Positions 1-10,056 are shown, numbered from the stretch's first letter. The stretch is DNA of 64,000 nucleotides from Candidatus Magasanikiibacteriota bacterium (GCA_003482855.1 DMXO01000003.1:16275-80274), one strand, 5' to 3'. Numbers and translations are program-made. Notes: generated by a model from the sequence alone, not told the origin.

Positions 1-270
1 CTTGGTAGCAGCTAGAGCAGCGGCCTGTGCATCGCGAGCTGTACCTACACCATCAAACGCACAATATATATCATGATCAGGAGACGCAAAATAATTATCA
101 CCCACAGGACCGTGATTATCTGGACTAGCGATTCTACCTATTTCACATCTGCTCTGTGTCCCTTCCACAGACTCTCTCTCCAACTTACCCGTTTCCAAAC
201 TTTCTGAACCAACCACAAAATGAGGTTCATAAACCTCAGGTGAAATAAAAATGTCTCTTTCTATAACCAT
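1..270 (-). CDS. hypothetical protein, 5' part only (start at 268-270; continues beyond window start)
   Basis: Open frame to the window edge, translating MVIERDIFISPEVYEPHFVVGSESLETGKLERES...CAFDGVGTARDAQAAALAATK. No family recognised. Confidence 0.4.
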   Translation of the reverse strand, partial: MVIERDIFISPEVYEPHFVVGSESLETGKLERESVEGTQSRCEIGRIASPDNHGPVGDNYFASPDHDIYCAFDGVGTARDAQAAALAATK

Positions 271-520
271 AGTAATAATATAAAAATATGTACGTATAAT
301 AAAACAAAAAATCCCTCTTTACAAGGGACTCTATGTGATCCTGACAACGGCAACACATATCACTACCCCTGTAAAACCAGGTGGGTGGCCGCAATCATAC
401 CCCACGGGGCATGAAAATATAGGCTTCCCAATGTAGTAATATTGTCGAATAGGATAAGTGCTGTCGTGTAAAGCAGGATCACTCTTAGTATAATATGCAA
501 TTCTATAAAAGGTCAAATCA

Positions 521-1045
521 TTAACCAGTCTTGCCTAATTCGTCATAACCAGGTTCCTCAAGTGGAACGTTCTTCGCATGATCACTAGGCATAGGAATTA
601 CTTTACCACCTCTATCTTCCACTTCGATAACAGGCTTATCAAACAAACCTAATTTATTTTTTACCATAGCCAAAGTATGCATCAATTCCCGAGCGACCTC
701 TCCCCTTTCACTTCTCCTACTTTGAGTTTGATATATACCCATGAGATGATGCAACTTACGCATATCTCTAGAGATTTCATCGCCATCAGGATGTTGTTCT
801 ACAACAACACCAAGTTTATATACCTCATCGTCAACTTTATCTATATCAAATTCAAAAATATCTGGAGCTACGTCTGCTACTTCTTCAACTTCATATTCTG
901 TTTCAGGAATACCTGTCATTCGTCTATCGTGAGCAACGGCTGACGTTATTGGTTCTGTTTCAAAATGCTCAGGTTGTGACATAAACTGACGATACGAACC
1001 TCTATCTTGGTAATTCATATAATTATTTGCATATGCAAAAGACAT
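521..1045 (-). CDS. hypothetical acidic protein
   Basis: 174-aa ORF with host-like AT-rich composition. No recognisable motif. Confidence 0.5.
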   Translation of the reverse strand: MSFAYANNYMNYQDRGSYRQFMSQPEHFETEPITSAVAHDRRMTGIPETEYEVEEVADVAPDIFEFDIDKVDDEVYKLGVVVEQHPDGDEISRDMRKLHHLMGIYQTQSRRSERGEVARELMHTLAMVKNKLGLFDKPVIEVEDRGGKVIPMPSDHAKNVPLEEPGYDELGKTG

Positions 1046-1560
1046 ACATAGTATGTCCTAAGCAGGCTTTGATTGTCAACATCATAAAACAAGAAACGCC
1101 TCGTCACTATCTACCATGAACTCATTACTCAGATAACATAACTCATGTATGTTGTGTTATCTGTATCATGTGTCATGATACATACTGACGAGGGGGCAGC
1201 GCGAGCAGACGAACAGAACCACACCCTCCTCGCCGACGACCACATACGATCGCCAAAGCACCGAACGTGGGGCTACCGAGTGCCCCACAGCACTTCGAGC
1301 CGAGCCTCACGGGCCGGCACACCTTGCGCCAGAAGAAGGCGCAGAAGATAGTGCTGTTGGGCGGTCATCTCCCTGGTATTTCGGCGCTTGGTGGGCGGTG
1401 GCGTCGCCATCGGGCTGTTCTGAGTCGTCATAAGACACCTCGAAACGAAAGTGCCCGTCCTCTACCTATGGGACGGGTCGCATGAAAATGAAATATCACT
1501 TCCACACAACCCGTCCCAAAATGCGCTGCCAAATTAAATCTCCTTATATAAAGAACTTCC

Positions 1561-1594
1561 TATGCGCGGGGGATACTAGGTAACTCCCGCGCAT
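1561..1594. other. GC-rich near-perfect hairpin (tatgcgcgggg...ccccgcgcata) just downstream of the micro-ORF
   Basis: 11-12 bp inverted repeat read directly. No U-tract follows, so it is not a classical terminator. Confidence 0.4.
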
Positions 1595-1598
1595 ATAT

Positions 1599-1724
1599 TC
1601 ACCGTGCCGGTATCATCTGTTTGCCACACTTGGGACAGCGCGGCAATTTAGACGACCCCTGCTCAGTGATTTTTCTCACCTGTTTACATTTCGGGCAATA
1701 CGCCCGCAGGTTCTTCTGGCTCAT
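1599..1724 (-). CDS. 41-aa zinc-ribbon micro-protein (CPKC...CPKC)
   Basis: Manual translation gives MSQKNLRAYCPKCKQVRKITEQGSSKLPRCPKCGKQMIPAR. AGGAGGA lies 4 nt upstream of the ATG. It is absent from the ORF track because it is under 60 aa. Confidence 0.45.
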   Translation of the reverse strand: MSQKNLRAYCPKCKQVRKITEQGSSKLPRCPKCGKQMIPAR

Positions 1725-1830
1725 CTATCCTCCTATTGATTGGTAACCAGATAAAGAAATTTCTTGAGAAAACTGCTTATATCTGGTCATCAAGGGCTTA
1801 CGAGACATTGTAAGCTTCCTTAACAAACAA

Positions 1831-1860
1831 AATCCCCGCCTTTTGCAAGCGGGGTTATTT
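1831..1860. terminator. rho-independent-type hairpin (ccccgc-cttttgcaa-gcgggg) flanked by A/T tracts
   Basis: Sits immediately downstream of the minus-strand ORF at 1876..2133. T-tracts on both sides. Confidence 0.5.
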
Positions 1861-1875
1861 ACTCATGTGTATCAT

Positions 1876-2133
1876 CTATTCATCACAATTGCATTCATCA
1901 CCACAACCACATCCACCATTACATCCTTCATCCTCTGAGTAAATTACCCCGCATGCTGGGACATATGCGGGTACAATAAGACCCCAGACCTTGCGGAGGT
2001 TGAGTACTGAAAGAATGAAATGTTTAGATATAGAATTCATAGATGTTGTATCACTAAATATAGTGTAACAGCATATTAATACATGGTCAACCGAGGTTAT
2101 CCACAAAATACCCTTGCGGGCTTTCAGTGCCAT
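1876..2133 (-). CDS. hypothetical small protein with Cys-rich C-terminus (…CNGGCGCGDECNCDE)
   Basis: 85-aa ORF followed by a terminator hairpin. Coding status uncertain. Confidence 0.35.
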   Translation of the reverse strand: MALKARKGILWITSVDHVLICCYTIFSDTTSMNSISKHFILSVLNLRKVWGLIVPAYVPACGVIYSEDEGCNGGCGCGDECNCDE

Positions 2134-2361
2134 ATAGATGACATCGAGGCTACCATCACTTTGATATCAAAATATCTCGCCATTCGTTATAATACCACCC
2201 CGGCACTTTTGATACTTTTGGTGACAAAAGTACGAAAGAAAAACGTACACACCCACTAGCTTCTCTGATGGTTTTTATATTAATAAAAAACTCATGGATA
2301 TTATACCACGAGTTTTGATCCAAACAATCATGAACTTTAACAACCCCAACAGCACCAAAAA

Positions 2362-2844
2362 CTATTCTCTTTCCTCATCAATATACACATGCATATATTC
2401 GGTCTTATCATAATCACAAATATCTTCTTCAGAGAAAAATCTGGCCACTTCTGTCTTAGCTGTCTCCACACTATCTGATGCATGAATCACATTGCATGCG
2501 ACACTCATAGCAAAGTCCCCACGAATAGATCCTGCTTCTGCTTCACGTGCTTTGGTAATGCCAGTAATCTTGCGTACCGTATTTACCACGTCCAATCCTT
2601 CCCAACACATAAGTATGACAGGAGTGCTCTGCATAAAATGTGCAACTCCAGGGAAAAATGGTTTATCAGCAATATGCGCATAATGCTCTTTCAGAATTTT
2701 CTCACCAAGCCGCATCATTTTCATGCCAACTAACTTCAATCCTTTGTGCTCAAATCGCTGAGTAATAGTACCCACAAGACCGCGTTGGATGCCATCGGGT
2801 TTAATAATGACGAGTGTTTTTTCTTTGAGTCCAGTAAAATCCAT
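2362..2844 (-). CDS. ndk: nucleoside diphosphate kinase
   Basis: IIKPDG motif and NVIHASDS active-site region. Typical ~150-160 aa length. Confidence 0.9.
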   Translation of the reverse strand: MDFTGLKEKTLVIIKPDGIQRGLVGTITQRFEHKGLKLVGMKMMRLGEKILKEHYAHIADKPFFPGVAHFMQSTPVILMCWEGLDVVNTVRKITGITKAREAEAGSIRGDFAMSVACNVIHASDSVETAKTEVARFFSEEDICDYDKTEYMHVYIDEERE

Positions 2845-2916
2845 ATGTATTTTTTAGTAGGTTAATTGGCAAAAGTATAACGAAATAAAAGGAAGAAGTC
2901 AAGGATGATCACTAGT

Positions 2917-2946
2917 AAATTGTCAAATTGTTAAACTGTCAAATTG
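2917..2946. repeat. left arm of ~30-bp inverted repeat flanking the four-helix-bundle gene (aaattgtcaaattgttaaactgtcaaattg)
   Basis: Reverse complement of 3338..3374 matches at about 27 of 30 positions. Confidence 0.5.
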
Positions 2947-2957
2947 CTGGGTTAAGA

Positions 2958-3332
2958 CTATTCTTTCAAACGCTGGTTAGTAAAATTTATCAAATTATTA
3001 ATCTCTCTCGGTAGATTATTTAATTCTTTCAAGATAAAAAGGTATTGTTCTTCATTGACCAATTTTCTTACCTTGGATTTTTGATTCCAGTCTAACGCTT
3101 CCTTGACTGAACCAGAAGCATATCGGTAAAATTTTATTTTGTCTTTTTTGGTATATCTTCCAAACCCCTCAGCAATGTTTGCGGAAATAGAATCAATAGC
3201 TCTTACAAATTGAGATCCAACTGTTTGTTTTTCAAACCATCCAAACTTAATTACAATATTCCATACGTAATTGGAAAGGTGAAAAGCTAGCTTATATGAA
3301 CTAACATTTTTTAATTCCAAAAATTTATCCAT
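2958..3332 (-). CDS. four-helix-bundle protein (23S rRNA intervening-sequence-protein family, TIGR02436-like)
   Basis: MDKFLELKNVSSYKLAFHLSNYVW...ANIAEGFGR pattern. Start set at the internal Met (3330-3332), because the upstream 16 codons are encoded by the flanking inverted repeat and overlap the uvrD stop. Confidence 0.7.
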   Translation of the reverse strand: MDKFLELKNVSSYKLAFHLSNYVWNIVIKFGWFEKQTVGSQFVRAIDSISANIAEGFGRYTKKDKIKFYRYASGSVKEALDWNQKSKVRKLVNEEQYLFILKELNNLPREINNLINFTNQRLKE

Positions 3333-3337
3333 ACGAA

Positions 3338-3374
3338 CAATTTGACAATTTAACAGTTTAACAATTTTACAATT
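3338..3374. repeat. right arm of the inverted repeat flanking the four-helix-bundle gene
   Basis: caatttgacaatttaacagtttaacaattttacaatt is the reverse complement of the left arm. It overlaps the last codons of uvrD. Confidence 0.5.
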
Positions 3375-5460
3375 CATCCAGCCCCTTCAAAAAACTTCGG
3401 CGCGGAGTATCCTCATCCAGTGATTCATACGTTACATCGTCATCATCGCTACTTGGATCAAAAAAAGTCGTGTCGTCCTCGTTTGTATTGTAATCTATCA
3501 AATCTCTATTTATCTCATCAATAAAAGGACTGGGGCCCTGCAATAAACTATGCGAATTCGACACAAGTGGATATGTGAGATACAAATATTTTTTTGCACG
3601 GGTAATAGCCACATAAAAAAGTCGTCGTTCTTCTTCTAAATCATCTCCTCGTGACGCTCTATCATTGGGGAATTGCCCAGCAGACACATTCAACACAAAA
3701 ACAGCAGACCACTCAAGCCCTTTTGCCTGATGGACTGTAGAAAGAATAAGCCGTTCTTCATTCCCCCCAGAATTATCATGGGCCTGCTGAGCATGGTAAC
3801 TCTCTTGCAATGTAGCTTCTCCCAGAAATCTATCCAATGCTTCAGATGGATCCTCAAGCGACATGTAACGTTCAGCAAAAACCGCAAGCTGTTCCAAATC
3901 CTGCATACGATCACGATAATCTGGATATTCATTTTCCAAATATTCCTGATACTTTGAGTCAATCACTGCACGGATAAGTTCGCTTGGTATTTTATTATGT
4001 ACCTTATTCAACTTTTCCCATATCTGCAAAAAATCACTCCACCCTATTTGCCCGCGTGCTGGCAACACAGAACCCAAATGGCGCAAATGCTCTGTACGTA
4101 CGGGCGGCTCTAGAGCCGCCCCTCCTGCGACAATCTTCTCATAAATTTTCTGCACCCCCGCTGGCCCAATCCCCACCTGCATATTAAGTACTCTACTCCA
4201 TGCAATAGTGTCTTGGATATTATTATACATACGCAAATATGCCAAAATATCTTTCACATGGGCGCGCTCAAAAAAACGTATACCTCCACGATAATCATAA
4301 GGAATATCTTCCTTTGTAAGTCTCATTTCAAGCTGTTGGGAATGAAATGCCGCACGAAATAATACGGCAATCTCACTCAGAGGGACACCTTCATCGCGCA
4401 ATTCTGAAATTCTATTCAAAATAAATTCTGCCTCTTCTCCTGCATCAGTAAACGCGTGAACCTCTGGCTTGGTAAATCCCTGCAGTACACTTACCAGTTC
4501 CTTCTTATACTGTTTAGTATTATTTGCAATCACTTCATTTGCCACATCCAAAATCTCTGGAGTGGAACGATAATTTGTTTCTAATTTAAATATCTTTGCA
4601 TCTGGGTATACTGTTTCTCCACCAGAGGCGGATCCGCCTCTGGCGGAAAAACTCAAAATATTTTGAATATCTGCCGCACGAAAACTATAAATACTCTGGG
4701 CATCGTCACCAACGACCAAAATATTTTTATGAATTGACGCACACAAATTAATAATACTCGCTTGTATTTTATTGGTATCCTGATATTCATCTACGAGTAC
4801 ATACAAAAATTGTTGCGCGTATTTATTTCTTACGTCTTCTGATTTGAGCAGGAGCAAATGAAAATATACCAGCAAATCATCAAAATCCATGACGTTTGCA
4901 GATTTCTTTCTCTTGGTATATTCTTGGGCAATACTCACGAGTATATCTTCGAAATTAATCCACTGTTCATGTTGCAATTCCAAAACATCATGTATCGTCA
5001 TTTCTGCATTACGCGCATAACTAATAATAGACTGCACAACATTGGGTGAAGGAAATCGACGCTGTGTCCGGTCAATCCCCTCTTGTTTAATACATGACTT
5101 GATCATGTCCCTAGAATCTTCACTGTCAAGTACGGAAAAATTATTTTGAAACCCGAGAACTTGAGCATACTTTTTCAAAATCCTATATCCAATATGGTGG
5201 AAAGTTCCTGACCAAGGCAATGTAATTTCTCCTTGAGTCAACTCTTGCACACGGCGTATCATCTCGTGCGCAGCTTTATTGGTAAACGTCACAAGCAAAA
5301 TATTTTTTGGGTCAACCCCTTTTTCAAGCAAATATGCCACGCGGTAAGTAATCGTACGCGTCTTTCCGCTTCCCGCTCCAGCCAAAACCAAACAAGGGCC
5401 ATCGCCCTCTAATACAACTCTCAGCTGTTCAGAATTCAACTCTTTGTCAAAATTTATCAT
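3367..5460 (-). CDS. uvrD: ATP-dependent DNA helicase, UvrD/PcrA family
   Basis: Walker A motif GAGSGKTRT plus helicase motifs (DEYQDTN, TNYRST). 697 aa. Confidence 0.9.
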   Translation of the reverse strand: MINFDKELNSEQLRVVLEGDGPCLVLAGAGSGKTRTITYRVAYLLEKGVDPKNILLVTFTNKAAHEMIRRVQELTQGEITLPWSGTFHHIGYRILKKYAQVLGFQNNFSVLDSEDSRDMIKSCIKQEGIDRTQRRFPSPNVVQSIISYARNAEMTIHDVLELQHEQWINFEDILVSIAQEYTKRKKSANVMDFDDLLVYFHLLLLKSEDVRNKYAQQFLYVLVDEYQDTNKIQASIINLCASIHKNILVVGDDAQSIYSFRAADIQNILSFSARGGSASGGETVYPDAKIFKLETNYRSTPEILDVANEVIANNTKQYKKELVSVLQGFTKPEVHAFTDAGEEAEFILNRISELRDEGVPLSEIAVLFRAAFHSQQLEMRLTKEDIPYDYRGGIRFFERAHVKDILAYLRMYNNIQDTIAWSRVLNMQVGIGPAGVQKIYEKIVAGGAALEPPVRTEHLRHLGSVLPARGQIGWSDFLQIWEKLNKVHNKIPSELIRAVIDSKYQEYLENEYPDYRDRMQDLEQLAVFAERYMSLEDPSEALDRFLGEATLQESYHAQQAHDNSGGNEERLILSTVHQAKGLEWSAVFVLNVSAGQFPNDRASRGDDLEEERRLFYVAITRAKKYLYLTYPLVSNSHSLLQGPSPFIDEINRDLIDYNTNEDDTTFFDPSSDDDDVTYESLDEDTPRRSFLKGLDEL
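4616..4650. repeat. GC-rich perfect palindrome (ccagaggcggatccgcctctgg + cggaaaa) inserted in frame in uvrD
   Basis: A 22-nt perfect palindrome inside AT-rich coding DNA. Encodes the loop ...SARGGSASGGE.... A near-identical element lies in aroB. Confidence 0.6.
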
Positions 5461-5473
5461 AAAACAACATTTT

Positions 5474-5616
5474 TAATTCACCTAATTTCTAATTGTCTAA
5501 TTCACCTAACAAAATTCCAAATGCCCAAATCATAATTTTTACCTTTTAATTTTTATTAGGTGAATTGGGTGAACCACGTAGATATTTACGTGGTGAATTG
5601 TAATTTAGGTGAATTC
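5474..5616. repeat. MITE-like intergenic element, copy 1 (terminal inverted repeats aattcacctaa / ttaggtgaatt)
   Basis: Multiple aattcacctaa units at the left end and ttaggtgaatt units at the right end. The internal core matches the core at 11108..11217 in the opposite orientation. Carries an extra palindromic insert, ccacgtagatatttacgtgg. Confidence 0.6.
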
Positions 5617-5634
5617 TATAATAACACACCTTGA

Positions 5635-6828
<1,194 letters not shown>

Positions 6829-6862
6829 AAATCTGTAAAATCCATATAAATCAGTGTAATCA

Positions 6863-7549
6863 ATGTTTATGAAATACAAATATCTTGATCTCATCACCGC
6901 TACTTTTGCTGTGGTATTAATTCTTTCAAATATCACCAGTGCTGCAAAAATCAGCAACGTGTGGGGTTTTGTTTTTGATGGGGGGATGATCCTCTTTCCA
7001 CTTGCCTATATCTTTGGTGATATATTGACTGAAGTGTATGGCTATGCCCGTGCACGACGCGTCATCTGGATCGGCTTTGCCATGAACCTACTTGCGGTTA
7101 TTACTTTCTGGGTTGTGGGAAAACTGCCTGCTGAAAGTTCATGGGGACTACAGGAATCGTATGACAGTATATTGGGAATCGTGTGGCGTATTTCCCTAGC
7201 AAGCCTTATCGCCTATCTTGTAGGTGAATTTTCAAATAGTTACATCTTGGCAAAACTAAAAATAAAAACCCAAGGAAAATATCTGTGGCTTCGAACACTG
7301 AGCTCAACAATCATAGGACAATTTCTTGATACTACCATCTTTCTGCTTATAGCATTTGCTGGTGTATTACCATGGAGTATCATCTGGTCTATCTGGATAG
7401 CAAATTACATATTCAAAATTTTAATCGAAATTATATTACTCCCAATCACATATCGTGTGGTCAATTTCTTGAAAAAGAAAGAAGATGCCGATGTATATGA
7501 CAAAGAAACCAATTTTAACCCAATAAAAATAGAACACGGATCAAACTAA
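6863..7549 (+). CDS. yhhQ: queuosine-precursor transporter (YhhQ/DUF165 family)
   Basis: Polytopic membrane protein with the ...AKISNVWGFVFDGGMILFPLAYIFGDILTEVYGY... pattern. Adjacent to tgt. Confidence 0.7.
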   Translation: MFMKYKYLDLITATFAVVLILSNITSAAKISNVWGFVFDGGMILFPLAYIFGDILTEVYGYARARRVIWIGFAMNLLAVITFWVVGKLPAESSWGLQESYDSILGIVWRISLASLIAYLVGEFSNSYILAKLKIKTQGKYLWLRTLSSTIIGQFLDTTIFLLIAFAGVLPWSIIWSIWIANYIFKILIEIILLPITYRVVNFLKKKEDADVYDKETNFNPIKIEHGSN

Positions 7550-7607
7550 TCTAACGAATCATAATGAATTCGTTCAAATTCGTTACATTCGCGCTCTATT
7601 ATTTCAT

Positions 7608-8081
7608 ATGATACATATAACGGTAATATCTGTTGGAAAACTCAAAGAACAATATTGGAAAGACGCAGAAAAAGAATATCTCAAACGTCTGTCTGTTTTT
7701 GTAAAACTTGAGATAAAAGAACTGAAAGAAGAAAAATTTGATGAAAAAAGTAATCACGAAACTATAAAAGAAAAAGAAGCTGAAAAAATTACAAAAGCAA
7801 TTCCTGAAAATAGCCATGTCATTGCCTTAGATAAAGACGGCAGACAATATTCATCACACGATTTATCAGATCATCTACAACAATTAGAACAGTTACAACA
7901 TTATAACATTACCATAGTCATCGGCGGTCCACTAGGTCTTTCTGACGAAATCAAACACCTCGCCAAAGAGTCTATTTCATTTTCCCAAATGACCTTCACC
8001 CATCAAATGACGCGAATTATCTTACTTGAACAAATATACAGATCATGTATGATACAAAAAGGTAAGACATATCATTACTGA
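7608..8081 (+). CDS. rlmH: 23S rRNA (pseudouridine1915-N3)-methyltransferase RlmH (SPOUT)
   Basis: MIHITVISVGKLK...WKDAEKEYLKRL N-terminus. ~155 aa. Confidence 0.8.
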   Translation: MIHITVISVGKLKEQYWKDAEKEYLKRLSVFVKLEIKELKEEKFDEKSNHETIKEKEAEKITKAIPENSHVIALDKDGRQYSSHDLSDHLQQLEQLQHYNITIVIGGPLGLSDEIKHLAKESISFSQMTFTHQMTRIILLEQIYRSCMIQKGKTYHY

Positions 8082-8086
8082 CACAT

Positions 8087-8857
8087 ATGGTAGCAAATGA
8101 AACATCTCCACAATATAATGGAGCCCAGGAATTAGATACGCGAGAAACAACACCGGGACGCGAAACTGAGGTACCTCGCTTTATATCACTTGCAGAAGCG
8201 CGAGAAGAATTACTAAATTTAGAACGAGTACTTGAATCGTACCCAAAAAATATTGAACAGGCAAAAAGAGAAAATAAAAAACATAGGAAAACATTTGCAG
8301 CTTTAAGTTCTGTATTTGGATATGTCACGCTTGCTTCGAGACTGCTAAGGACATACGGATGGGACACAACAGAAATTCGTACTATAAAAGATCACATAAG
8401 AAATGGTTTTGATATTAGACATTCTGACAATGACAAAAAACACCATGTACCAGGTGTACAAGAAATACAAAAAGCTATCGGGCAAAAAGGACAAGAAATT
8501 ATGCAACACATCCCTCATGCTACTCTTCAAAAATATGGCACAGACAATACACCACTTCTTCCTGCTATTATACTCAAAGGAAGATTTGTCGAAGGAGCAA
8601 AAATGCTTGGTGAAAGTCGAGGAATGAATGAGAAAGAATTAGAACAAAAACATAAAGAACTTGAAGCAGAAGTGCGAGCAGATTTCGAAGAATATTTTCA
8701 AAATTATGATGCATTCCTCAGAGATGAACATGGCGGTGGTATATCGAATGGATTGGTAGATGAATTGGATCTTCTCATACAAACAACAAAATCAACTCTC
8801 ATACAGGCAATAAACCCGGAAGAACGCATACAACTAGTACCAGAAAATCGAGCCTAG
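8087..8857 (+). CDS. hypothetical protein
   Basis: 256-aa ORF with host composition. No motif recognised. Confidence 0.5.
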   Translation: MVANETSPQYNGAQELDTRETTPGRETEVPRFISLAEAREELLNLERVLESYPKNIEQAKRENKKHRKTFAALSSVFGYVTLASRLLRTYGWDTTEIRTIKDHIRNGFDIRHSDNDKKHHVPGVQEIQKAIGQKGQEIMQHIPHATLQKYGTDNTPLLPAIILKGRFVEGAKMLGESRGMNEKELEQKHKELEAEVRADFEEYFQNYDAFLRDEHGGGISNGLVDELDLLIQTTKSTLIQAINPEERIQLVPENRA

Positions 8858-8885
8858 GCTCGATTTTTATTATATGTTGAATACG

Positions 8886-9983
8886 CTATATAATGAGCAT
8901 TGCATCTCCAAAACTATAAAATCTATACTTGTACTCAACAGCTTGCTTATAACACTCGAGCATAAATTCCCGATCACCTGCAAACGCACTCACCAACATG
9001 AGCAATGTTGATTTTGGCAGATGAAAATTAGTAATCATGGCGTCTACTACTTGAAATTTGAAGCCTGGTTTAATAAAAATATTTATATCACCATGATAAA
9101 CTTCAAATTTTTTATCTGCATATTCTGCCAAACCAGCGACTCCTTCAAGTGTGCGAACGGTGGTCGTCCCTACCGCTACTATTCTTCTACCTTCAGCTTT
9201 AGCACGATTAATTTTGTCTACGTTCTCCTGTGTCAATTCGATCCACTCACTATGCATAGTATGATCCTCCACACGTTCAGACTTTACAGGAAGGAATGTA
9301 CCAAGACCTACATGCAAGGTAACTTCAGCAAACTCAACTCCTTTGTTTTTTAATTTCTCTATAAGTTCCAGCGTAAAATGAAACCCTGCAGTTGGCGCGG
9401 CGACCGAACCTTCTCTTGCATCATGTGCATACACAGTCTGGTACATTTCGAGCTGGTCAGGTTCATCTTTTACATATGGTGGCACAGGGATATGCCCATA
9501 AATGTTAGCCTTTCTCCGGACTGTTTCAGCATCTTCGGGAAACTCAACTAAGACATCGCCATCCGGCTCTTTGACCATAACCGTACAATAAAAATCAGAA
9601 GCAAATCTTACATTCATACCCGGTTTCAACCTCCTACCTGGCTTTGCCAATACTTTCCATACGCCTTCATTTTCCATAGGACGAACAAGAAAAATCTCAA
9701 CTTCTTGATTGTGCAACAATGGCTTGTCTGGCATCCCATCTCTATTTACATCAATCTCTGTTGACTCAAGCCTTCCAAATAGACGGGCTTTGAAAACTTT
9801 AGAGTTATTCCACACGAGCAAATCTCCTTTTTGTAAATAATCAACAATATCATAAAAATGACGGTCTTGCGTCGTCTTTTTTGCAGGGTCCACAACCATA
9901 AGACGTGAATGATCACGCGGGGTTATGGGATGTTGCGCGATTAGTTCTTGGGGGAGATTGTAATCAAAATTTTTTGTAAACAT
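8886..9983 (-). CDS. queA: S-adenosylmethionine:tRNA ribosyltransferase-isomerase
   Basis: N-terminal DYNLPQELIAQHP. 365 aa. Confidence 0.9.
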   Translation of the reverse strand: MFTKNFDYNLPQELIAQHPITPRDHSRLMVVDPAKKTTQDRHFYDIVDYLQKGDLLVWNNSKVFKARLFGRLESTEIDVNRDGMPDKPLLHNQEVEIFLVRPMENEGVWKVLAKPGRRLKPGMNVRFASDFYCTVMVKEPDGDVLVEFPEDAETVRRKANIYGHIPVPPYVKDEPDQLEMYQTVYAHDAREGSVAAPTAGFHFTLELIEKLKNKGVEFAEVTLHVGLGTFLPVKSERVEDHTMHSEWIELTQENVDKINRAKAEGRRIVAVGTTTVRTLEGVAGLAEYADKKFEVYHGDINIFIKPGFKFQVVDAMITNFHLPKSTLLMLVSAFAGDREFMLECYKQAVEYKYRFYSFGDAMLII

Positions 9984-10050
9984 AATATCTCAATATCATA
10001 ATATCTTGATATCAACCATGCTGATATTAAAATATTATGATATTACGATA
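9984..10050. repeat. AATATC/GATATT-rich tandem and inverted repeat block in the queA-mltG intergenic region
   Basis: atatctcaatatcataatatcttgatatcaa...ctgatattaaaatattatgatattacgatattgat. Same octamer family as 61940..61970 and the blocks inside aroB. Confidence 0.45.
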
Positions 10051-10056
10051 TTGATC

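Noticed and set aside
1145-1485. ORFs 1145..1351+ and 1267..1485+ in the GC-rich islet
   Set aside because: They start in AT-rich DNA and run through a GC-rich stretch with Arg-rich low-complexity translation. There are no start signals. They are likely non-coding.
3367-3377. ORF-track start of the four-helix-bundle gene at 3377, and the similar N-terminal extensions of groES (19389), aroE (58815), trpB2 (63351), the TrpR-like gene (63832) and the lipoprotein (38239)
   Set aside because: Family-typical N-termini begin at internal Met codons. The extensions overlap neighbouring genes or repeat elements.
7599-7817. 72-aa minus-strand ORF (MAIFRNCFCNFFSFFFF…), plus similar Phe/Ile-rich short ORFs antisense to known genes (e.g. 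677..943, 9021..9353, 13626..13994, 20554..20961)
   Set aside because: They are antisense to well-supported genes, and their low-complexity translations are typical of AT-rich antisense frames.
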